A DNA stretch of 55,972 nt from Candidatus Zixiibacteriota bacterium (GTDB taxonomy: Bacteria; UBP14; UBA6098; JBKHBT01): NCBI GenBank assembly GCA_046542255.1, contig JBKHBT010000012.1:1-55972 (forward strand). Direction: 5' to 3'. Made by a program: the position numbers and the translations under genes. The stretch's first letter is position 1. Each line of letters opens with the position of its first letter. Below, piece by piece: positions 49,177 to 55,972 of this stretch. The notes under the pieces were generated by a model. It ran no database searches and was not told the origin of the DNA. It worked only from the letters and a program-made list of their open reading frames with translations.

Positions 49177-50112
49177 ATGAAAATTGCGATATCCTGTGGA
49201 GATCCTGCCGGAATTGGCCCTGAGATAGTCAATAAGGCTTTATCACATTTCGAAAATGACAATATTAAATTTCGATATTTTTGCAATAGTCATCTCATAG
49301 AAAAACTCTATGCAATAATGCCACAAGTTCCTAAAATCAAATCAAATACAGATATAATCGATATAGATGTTGATATAGAATCGCCCAAATTCGGCAAAGC
49401 AAGCCCGGAAGGCGGTGAAATATCCTGGCAATCTTTTATACAGGCTACCGAAGATGTAATTTCCGGGCACTCTGATGCCATTGTAACAGCTCCTATCAAC
49501 AAATATTCCTGGAAATTGGCTGGTTTCGACTGCCCCGGACATACAGATAAGCTTGCCGAAATATTCAGAATTGATGATTTTGCAATGGCTTTTATCAAAG
49601 AGCCGTATCGACTGATATTGCAGACAATTCACGAACCTCTCTCGCATATAAGTACTATGATTACATCCGATTCTGTTTACAAAAAAATCATTATGGCTGC
49701 TGATTTCTTGAATCGAATTGGCGAAGATATCCATATCGATGTACTTGGATTGAATCCTCATGCTGGCGAGAAAGGAAAATTTGGCCATGAAGAAAAGCCA
49801 ATCAAAGATGCAATTATAAAGGCCCAAAATGAAGGCATCGATTGCTATGGGCCGCATGTGCCGGATGCTTTTTTCACTAAATGGCAAAATTCCCCCGAAG
49901 GCATGGTTATAGCAATGTATCACGACCAGGGTTTGATACCTTTCAAGATGATTTCGAAAGGTTATGGCGTAAATACGACTCTCGGCCTGCCAATTATCCG
50001 CACTTCTCCTGAACATGGTACAGCCATGGATATTGCGGGTAAAAACCTGGCATATCCCACCAGCATGATCGAAGCAATCAAGCTAGCAATAAAGCTGCAC
50101 AAAACAACCTAA
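49177..50112 (+). CDS. pdxA: 4-hydroxythreonine-4-phosphate dehydrogenase
   Basis: MKIAISCGDPAGIGPEI start, metal-binding His motifs (GHTD, NPHAGE) and ~310 aa. Confidence 0.8.
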   Translation: MKIAISCGDPAGIGPEIVNKALSHFENDNIKFRYFCNSHLIEKLYAIMPQVPKIKSNTDIIDIDVDIESPKFGKASPEGGEISWQSFIQATEDVISGHSDAIVTAPINKYSWKLAGFDCPGHTDKLAEIFRIDDFAMAFIKEPYRLILQTIHEPLSHISTMITSDSVYKKIIMAADFLNRIGEDIHIDVLGLNPHAGEKGKFGHEEKPIKDAIIKAQNEGIDCYGPHVPDAFFTKWQNSPEGMVIAMYHDQGLIPFKMISKGYGVNTTLGLPIIRTSPEHGTAMDIAGKNLAYPTSMIEAIKLAIKLHKTT

Positions 50113-50129
50113 AACAATTCTGCCTTGAT

Positions 50130-50354
50130 TTAATCAAATAGGATTTTTTTATTTTCCATATCTTCGACAGCTTCTTCCAATGATTCGACAAATTTTATAA
50201 ACATACACCGATTCGTGATTATATTCTCTATGAATTTTAAGTCCTTTGGGCAATATCCCATTTTTTCTTTAAGGATTTTAGCTACTTCAACCCTTGGCTT
50301 TTCAACTCCATCGATGCTAAAATCTTCATAATGTTTGATGTAAACAAATCGCAT
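50130..50354 (-). CDS. Hypothetical small protein (74 aa)
   Basis: An ORF only. No recognised motif and no clear RBS. Confidence 0.25.
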   Translation of the reverse strand: MRFVYIKHYEDFSIDGVEKPRVEVAKILKEKMGYCPKDLKFIENIITNRCMFIKFVESLEEAVEDMENKKILFD

Positions 50355-50521
50355 TTTTTTTCAAATCAATTTTGTATACCATATAGCTCCCCATGGATAG
50401 TATTCAATTTTTGTTATAATTGTTTTTCACTTAATTTCAGGTTTTTTTCTTGTTTATACACAAAAGAACTTGATTAAAGCTGCTTTTTACCTTTTTTTAA
50501 AATATAATAGAAGGAGCTATT

Positions 50522-51193
50522 TTGATAGAATTCCACAATGTGAGTAAAACCTTTAAGGACTGGATAGCATTATCGAATGTGAGTTTCGATTTTGATGATG
50601 AGGAGTTTCTTTATCTTGTCGGCAATTCCGGCGCTGGCAAGACTACCCTACTCCGATTAATATATATGCAACAACTTCCAACAAGCGGATATGCCGAAAT
50701 TCTTGGATTCAGGACTGATCAGATAGAAGAGAATAAAATTCCAGAGCTAAGGCGGCAATTCGGTTATGTGTTTCAGGATTTCAGGTTGCTTCCCGAGCTA
50801 AATGTCGAGCAGCAGGTGCAATTTGTAATGACAGTAACTGGCAAGTCTAAGAGGTTTATCAAGCAGAGGACTTTTCAGGCATTATCCGAGGTAGGGCTTT
50901 TGCATAAGGCCAAAGCTATGCCAAATGAGCTTTCCGGCGGCGAGGCACAGAGAGTCGCCATAGCAAGGGCAATATCAAATTATCCCAAGGTAATCCTTGC
51001 AGACGAGCCAACAGGAAATCTCGACCCAGGAGCAACACAGGATGTGATAGAACTTCTATTGAAGATAAACAAGCAAGGCACTGCTGTAATTATGGCAACA
51101 CATGATATCGATATTGTCGAAGAAAACCCATCGAGGACAATAGAGCTTCAAGACGGAGTGGTTGTGGGCGATACCAAGCTGGGAGGAAGATGA
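50522..51193 (+). CDS. ftsE: Cell-division ABC transporter ATP-binding protein FtsE
   Basis: GNSGAGKTTLLRL, LSGGEAQRVAIARAI and ILADEPTGNLD motifs. TTG start with AAGGAG 7 nt upstream. It overlaps ftsX. Confidence 0.8.
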   Translation: MIEFHNVSKTFKDWIALSNVSFDFDDEEFLYLVGNSGAGKTTLLRLIYMQQLPTSGYAEILGFRTDQIEENKIPELRRQFGYVFQDFRLLPELNVEQQVQFVMTVTGKSKRFIKQRTFQALSEVGLLHKAKAMPNELSGGEAQRVAIARAISNYPKVILADEPTGNLDPGATQDVIELLLKINKQGTAVIMATHDIDIVEENPSRTIELQDGVVVGDTKLGGR

Positions 51194-52041
51194 CAAAGTT
51201 TCTTTTTGCGCTTCGGGAATCTCTGAAATCATTCTATAAACGCGCTTTTGTTACATGGCTTTCAATCGCTACAATAACCGGTGCAATCTTTGTACTGGGA
51301 CTTTTCATTTTTGTCAGCTATAACCTGCAACAGCAGCTAAAAGGCATTCAAAGCCAGGTTCATGCAGAATTGTTTTTCAAAGCAGATACAGATGAAAATG
51401 ACGCAAAAGCCCTAGAGAGGAAATTCGATAAGCTCGATTGGGTAGATAGGACCAAATTTATTAGCAAAGATGATGCGCTGGAGATTTTCAATAAAGAATT
51501 CGACCCTACCCTTCTCGAAGGTTTACCCCAAAATCCTTTGCCAGCCTCAGTAATCATCTATTTTACAGGAGAAAAAGATCTCGGCGAGGTGGCGGGGAAA
51601 CTCGAGGGTTTTGTAGAAAATCATAACATAATCGATGCAACTTTTCTACCGACTGAGACAATGCGTTCACTTGCCAATGCACGCGAGATTTTCTCATGGC
51701 TGACAATTGCTTGGGCAATAATCATTCTATTCGCATCCATAATAGTAGTTACCAACACAATTCGACTTGCAATGCTTTCTAGGCGTGAAACAATCGATGT
51801 TATGAAATTAGTAGGTGCTGATAGATCTTTTATCCGTTTGCCTTTTATTTTTGAAGGAATTTTCCAGGGCATATTTTCTTCGCTATTTTCAATCGGACTT
51901 CTATTTCTGATTGGCCACATAATAAAATATGCGCTTCCATCTGTCTTTTTACTGCCCAATCCTTTAATTATAATTTTAGGGCTATTTGGAATTGTTTTTG
52001 GGGTTCTTGGTAGCCGTATAGCTATTAGTAAATACGTTTAA
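51190..52041 (+). CDS. ftsX: Cell-division permease-like protein FtsX
   Basis: N-terminal TM helix, a periplasmic domain and three C-terminal TM helices. Translationally coupled to ftsE. Confidence 0.7.
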   Translation: MTKFLFALRESLKSFYKRAFVTWLSIATITGAIFVLGLFIFVSYNLQQQLKGIQSQVHAELFFKADTDENDAKALERKFDKLDWVDRTKFISKDDALEIFNKEFDPTLLEGLPQNPLPASVIIYFTGEKDLGEVAGKLEGFVENHNIIDATFLPTETMRSLANAREIFSWLTIAWAIIILFASIIVVTNTIRLAMLSRRETIDVMKLVGADRSFIRLPFIFEGIFQGIFSSLFSIGLLFLIGHIIKYALPSVFLLPNPLIIILGLFGIVFGVLGSRIAISKYV

Positions 52042-52168
52042 GCTTTCCTAACATCCAATAAATAAATAATTTTTCTTGACAATTCATGCATTTTAATACA
52101 TATTTACACCATTGAGACAAAGTTAAACAAAATCAATAACTATAAAAATGATCGCAAAGGAGACGGAA

Positions 52169-52507
52169 ATGTCACAATATCATGAACCAGTTGAAGAACT
52201 GAGTACTAAGACAAGAAACATTACACGAGCAATACAGAGCTTCAAAGAAGAGCTCGAGGCCATCGATTGGTACAATCAGCGAGTAGATACAACCAATGAT
52301 GAATCGCTAAAAAAAATTCTCGAACATAATCGCGATGAAGAGATCGAACATGCATGTATGACCCTCGAATGGCTGAGGCGCAATATGGATGCCTGGGATG
52401 ATGAGCTTAAGACCTATCTATTCACAGAAGGCGATATTACAAAGCTCGAAGAGGGTGAAGAAGATGATGAAGAAGACAGTACCGATCTTCAGATTGGAAA
52501 ACTTTAA
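52169..52507 (+). CDS. Encapsulin-associated ferritin-like cargo protein (EncFtn) with a C-terminal targeting peptide
   Basis: LEAIDWYNQRVD...ILEHNRDEEIEHACMTLEWLRRN...LKTYLFTEGDI closely matches the EncFtn family as I recall it (R. rubrum type). An acidic linker leads to C-terminal DLQIGKL. AAGGAG lies 6 nt before the ATG at 52169. It sits immediately upstream of the encapsulin gene. Confidence 0.75.
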   Translation: MSQYHEPVEELSTKTRNITRAIQSFKEELEAIDWYNQRVDTTNDESLKKILEHNRDEEIEHACMTLEWLRRNMDAWDDELKTYLFTEGDITKLEEGEEDDEEDSTDLQIGKL

Positions 52508-52530
52508 TTAATACAAACATAGGAGAAATA

Positions 52531-53325
52531 ATGGATATTTTTAGAAAATCACTTGCGCCTATTAGCGAAGCTGCCTGGGATGAAATCAATGAGCAGGCCA
52601 AAATAACACTTACTACCTTTCTATCTGCAAGAAAGTTTGTCGATGTAGAAGGCCCTAAAGGACTTGATTTTTCGGCAGTTAATCTCGGTAGATTATCGAT
52701 CGAGCCGGACCATGAAAAAGATGATGTAAAATTTGGAATGCGCAAAGTCTTGCCTCTTATCGAAACGCGGATACCATTCGAGCTGAATATCTGGGAACTC
52801 GATGATGCTGCTCGAGGCGCAGAAGATATCGATCTTGGACCACTTGAAGATGCCGCAGAGAAAATTGCAAAATTTGAAGATAATGCAATATACAATGGCT
52901 TCAAAAAAGCAGCGATAGCAGGACTAAAAGAAGTTTCCGAGCACAAAATTATGACATGCCCCAAAGATGCAGAAGAAGCTCTTTGCTCGATTCCAGAGGG
53001 TATTCGAATACTCAAAGAATCAGCCATAGATGGACCCTATGCATTGGTAGTCAATCCTGCAAAATGGCAGGAAATTGCAGCTTATGCCAAGGGATATCCC
53101 CTGAGAAGACAAATCGAAGAGATGTTAGATGGCAAATTGGTCTTCTCGCCAAATATTGATGGAATGTATCTTGTTTCACAGCGCGGTGGCGATATGATAC
53201 TTACAATCGGACAGGACATGACAATCGGCTATGATGGACATGATTCAAAGAAGGTCAAGCTCTATCTTATGGAGTCATTCACTTTCCATATTACCGATCC
53301 TGCTGCCTTCATTGTTTTTGGCTAA
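52531..53325 (+). CDS. Family 1 encapsulin shell protein (HK97 fold; linocin M18 family)
   Basis: MDIFRKSLAPISEAAWDEINEQA...RKFVDVEGPKGLDF closely parallels the T. maritima encapsulin ([23 protein letters not shown]...RKFVDVEGPYGWEY). 264 aa. C-terminus GQDMTIGYDGHD...LYLMESFTFHITDP. Confidence 0.85.
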   Translation: MDIFRKSLAPISEAAWDEINEQAKITLTTFLSARKFVDVEGPKGLDFSAVNLGRLSIEPDHEKDDVKFGMRKVLPLIETRIPFELNIWELDDAARGAEDIDLGPLEDAAEKIAKFEDNAIYNGFKKAAIAGLKEVSEHKIMTCPKDAEEALCSIPEGIRILKESAIDGPYALVVNPAKWQEIAAYAKGYPLRRQIEEMLDGKLVFSPNIDGMYLVSQRGGDMILTIGQDMTIGYDGHDSKKVKLYLMESFTFHITDPAAFIVFG

Positions 53326-53339
53326 ATATAAGAGCTATA

Positions 53340-53367
53340 AAAGCCCCACAATTGTGGGGCTTTTATT
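53340..53367 (+). terminator. Rho-independent terminator after the encapsulin operon
   Basis: Perfect 18-bp palindrome GCCCCACAATTGTGGGGC followed by TTTTATT. Confidence 0.7.
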
Positions 53368-53520
53368 ATGCAAAATGAATACTCAAATATTAAGTTTGTG
53401 AATATCTTCCCAAACTATTTGACAAACTAAGGCTAAGTTAATAAATTACTAAAAATTTCCGGCAGCAGATGTCGGATTTGAAATTTTATGAATATACTTG
53501 TTTTGAAGGAGTCAGAATAA

Positions 53521-54246
53521 ATGGCACGCTTATCAGTAAATTTGGATCATGTAGCTTCGCTTCGAGAGGTTCGTGCTGCAAGAAATCCAGACCCGGTTCA
53601 TGCGGCTGTGATTGTCGAGCAAGCTGGCGCAGATGGTATCACATTGCACCTCAGAAAGGATAGACGTCATATAAAAGATAGAGATCTTTTTCTAATTCGT
53701 CAGGTCATCTCGGCGAATTTGACACTTGAGATGGCACCGATTGAAGAAATGCTTCAAATCGCAATCAAGCTAAAGCCTAATATGGTTACGCTGGTCCCTG
53801 AACTTACCACAGAACTTACCACCGAAAGAGGTTTTAATCTGGTGGAGGAAGGCGAATCTATCGAAGGGTATATATCGACTCTGCGCGAGGCTGGAATAGC
53901 TGTATCACTATTTATCGACCCTGATGAGAATAATATCAAAATGGCAAATGAATTGGTTGCCGATTTTGTCGAGCTGAATACTTCGCGATATGCAGATGCA
54001 TCCAGCTATGATGAAGAAATCGATTCATTGCGCGAAATCGAAAAAGCAGCCAGCCTTGGCGATAATAAAGGCTTGGGGATTGCAGTTGGCCATGGATTGA
54101 ACTATAAAAATGTCGGAAATATTGCAAGAATTTTACCAATCGAAGAATTCTCTATCGGGCATGCAATCATTGCAAGAAGCGTATTCACTGGAATCGATAA
54201 GGCTGTTAAAGAAATGAAGGATGAGATAGAAAAGGTCAGAACATAA
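53521..54246 (+). CDS. pdxJ: Pyridoxine 5'-phosphate synthase
   Basis: VNLDHVASLREVR...PDPVHAAVIVEQAGADGITLHLRKDRRHIKDRDL parallels E. coli PdxJ almost motif for motif. Confidence 0.9.
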   Translation: MARLSVNLDHVASLREVRAARNPDPVHAAVIVEQAGADGITLHLRKDRRHIKDRDLFLIRQVISANLTLEMAPIEEMLQIAIKLKPNMVTLVPELTTELTTERGFNLVEEGESIEGYISTLREAGIAVSLFIDPDENNIKMANELVADFVELNTSRYADASSYDEEIDSLREIEKAASLGDNKGLGIAVGHGLNYKNVGNIARILPIEEFSIGHAIIARSVFTGIDKAVKEMKDEIEKVRT

Positions 54247-54644
54247 TGATAGAAGAGATCGAACATACAGCCGATGCAGGAATCAGAGTAAAAGCAGAAA
54301 GCCTGGAAGAGCTTTTCTATGATGCTGCTAAGGGTATGCTCGAGCTAATTATAGAAGACGACGGCTCATCGCCCGATAAGGAGATAAAAATAAAACTCAA
54401 GGCTAATTCAATAGAAAAACTCCTTATCAAATTCTTATCAGAAATACTTTTCCATGTGCAGGATGAATATAATAATCCTCGCAAACTGAAAATTAATAGG
54501 ATAAAGAAAAACCGCATCGAAGCAACACTTATGGTCAATAATAATAATGCACAAACTGGCGAAATCAAAAATGTAACTTACCATAATTTCAAGCTGGAAA
54601 AGGTTGATTCTGGTTGGATTTGTGAGATAATTTTCGACCTATGA
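54246..54644 (+). CDS. Archease-family protein
   Basis: EEIEHTADAGIRVKAESLEELFYDAAKGM is the N-terminal archease signature. 132 aa. Confidence 0.6.
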   Translation: MIEEIEHTADAGIRVKAESLEELFYDAAKGMLELIIEDDGSSPDKEIKIKLKANSIEKLLIKFLSEILFHVQDEYNNPRKLKINRIKKNRIEATLMVNNNNAQTGEIKNVTYHNFKLEKVDSGWICEIIFDL

Positions 54645-54667
54645 TAATAAATATGAGGTGATTTTAG

Positions 54668-55351
54668 ATGGGTCTAAAAGACAATATCGATAAAGTTCTC
54701 GATAATATAAAAGAAACAGCAGAAAAGCATGGCAGAGATGCCGATGAAATAAAACTCGTAGCGGTAACCAAATATTCTGATACCAATGAGATACTCGAAG
54801 CATACAATAATGGCCTGGACATCTTCGGAGAAAACCGCGTACAACCTGCTTTGCCCAAAATAGAAAAACTGCCAAATGATATAGAATGGCATATGATCGG
54901 CCATCTGCAGCGCAATAAAGTCAAATATGTGCTGGGTAAATTCGAGATGATTCACTCTGTGGATTCTCTTCGATTGGCAAAAGAAATCCAAAAGCGTGCT
55001 GCAAAAATGGATTTGACACAGAAGATACTTCTCGAGGTCAATGTATCTGGCGAAGAATCTAAATTTGGCCTTAATCCTAAGACTGCGGCCGAACTTACCG
55101 GGCAAATTTTGGAGATGCCTAATATTCATCTACTTGGTTTTATGACAATGGCACCATTTATCGGCGATGAGAAGGTGATTGCTAATGTTTTCAAGATCCT
55201 ACGGCTAATGCGCGATAATATCGAGACCGAGTATGCACATAAATTCCCCGAACTATCGATTGGTATGACCAATGACTACAAGATCGCTATTGCCGAGGGT
55301 GCAACAATCCTAAGAATCGGTTCTGCGATTTTCAAAGGAGATGAATCTTAA
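54668..55351 (+). CDS. yggS: YggS/PLPHP-family pyridoxal-phosphate homeostasis protein
   Basis: LVAVTKY (PLP-binding Lys), IGHLQRNK and a TIM-barrel of typical length. Confidence 0.8.
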   Translation: MGLKDNIDKVLDNIKETAEKHGRDADEIKLVAVTKYSDTNEILEAYNNGLDIFGENRVQPALPKIEKLPNDIEWHMIGHLQRNKVKYVLGKFEMIHSVDSLRLAKEIQKRAAKMDLTQKILLEVNVSGEESKFGLNPKTAAELTGQILEMPNIHLLGFMTMAPFIGDEKVIANVFKILRLMRDNIETEYAHKFPELSIGMTNDYKIAIAEGATILRIGSAIFKGDES

Positions 55352-55972
55352 TGTTCGATACCTCGATTGGTATAGTCGGTTCCGGACGTGTTGGAGGCAA
55401 CCTTGCATATCGCCTTGGGCAAGCAGGATGGCATATTAAAGGTATTTACGACATCGATAACCAGAATGCTTTAAGAGTAGCAAAATCGGTACCTACTGGT
55501 GTCTATCCAAAACTCGAAATGATATTAAACCGTTGCGAAGCGGTTATAATTGCAACTCCGGATACCAAAATACTCGAAATTGCCGATTTGATTTCAGAGC
55601 TTAGAAAGCCTCGTGCAAGATGCCTTTTCCATACATCTGGAGTTTTGCCATCGAGGATTCTTCGTGCTGCTGGTGCAGAATTTAGCATCGGTTCTATGCA
55701 TCCTGCGAAGCCTGTCCCGCCTCTATCGAAAAATAATGACCCATTTTTGGATGCAAACTGGACTGTCGAAGGCGACAGCGAATCGGTCGAACTATCATCG
55801 AAAATGATCGAGAGCTTAGGCGGTAGCTCGATGGATATTAGATCAAATAAAAAAGCGATTTACCATGCGGCCTGCGCTTTACTAAGCAACCATATCTTCT
55901 GTATTCTCGAACACGGTAAAGAATTGCTGGAGCTTTCCGGATTGAATGAGGAAAGAATTCAAAAAACTATAG
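55351..55972 (+). CDS. NAD(P)-binding Rossmann-fold protein (ProC/DUF2520-like), 5' partial. It runs off the window end.
   Basis: IGIVGSGRVGGNLA dinucleotide-binding motif. The start overlaps the yggS stop (TAATG). No stop codon before the end of the window. Confidence 0.5.
   Translation, partial: MFDTSIGIVGSGRVGGNLAYRLGQAGWHIKGIYDIDNQNALRVAKSVPTGVYPKLEMILNRCEAVIIATPDTKILEIADLISELRKPRARCLFHTSGVLPSRILRAAGAEFSIGSMHPAKPVPPLSKNNDPFLDANWTVEGDSESVELSSKMIESLGGSSMDIRSNKKAIYHAACALLSNHIFCILEHGKELLELSGLNEERIQKTI

Noticed and set aside
53469-53663. 64-aa ORF upstream of and overlapping pdxJ
   Set aside because: It is an alternative frame over the conserved pdxJ 5' end. The Cys-rich translation is an artefact.

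Overview
This 56-kb window is AT-rich and gene-dense. It looks like a diderm bacterium with LapA/LapB-type LPS assembly genes and several secreted proteins carrying T9SS-type C-terminal sorting domains, which suggests an FCB-superphylum-like or related candidate lineage. The housekeeping content is recognisable. Ribosomal and RNA: a partial S10 ribosomal-protein operon (rpsJ to rpmC), tadA, and tRNA-Ser(GGA) and tRNA-Gly(CCC). Envelope and division: lapA/lapB, holB, an EnvC-like M23 protein, der, plsY and ftsEX. PLP metabolism: pdxA, pdxJ and yggS. Others: an archease, an ABC-2 exporter and two multi-PAS hybrid histidine kinases. Accessory systems and unexplained structure worth a second look:
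(1) A two-gene family-1 encapsulin nanocompartment operon (EncFtn ferritin-like cargo plus HK97-fold shell) inserted between ftsEX and pdxJ.
(2) A tightly coupled six-gene redox module without an obvious catalytic subunit: an AsrA/HydB-like Fe-S protein, a PyrK/HydG-like flavoprotein, a truncated MopB-family protein lacking the catalytic Cys/Sec and the C-terminal domain, a 4x[4Fe-4S] ferredoxin, and orphan NuoC/EchD-like and NuoI/EchF-like subunits. It is preceded by an HgdB-like protein plus an HgdC-type ATP-dependent activase.
(3) A 995-aa fusion of pseudo-receiver and receiver domains to a PEP-synthase-type ATP-grasp (PPDK_N) domain, with no phosphohistidine or PEP-utilising domains.
(4) A ~115-bp interspersed repeat family in three copies, one of which splits a T9SS cargo gene.
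(5) A GC-rich 29-bp tandem-repeat array.
(6) A 0.7-kb ORF-free region after tadA–tRNA-Ser with a near-consensus promoter, a candidate ncRNA locus.
(7) A 969-aa STAND-type P-loop NTPase with TPR repeats.
No CRISPR array, transposase or integrase was seen.
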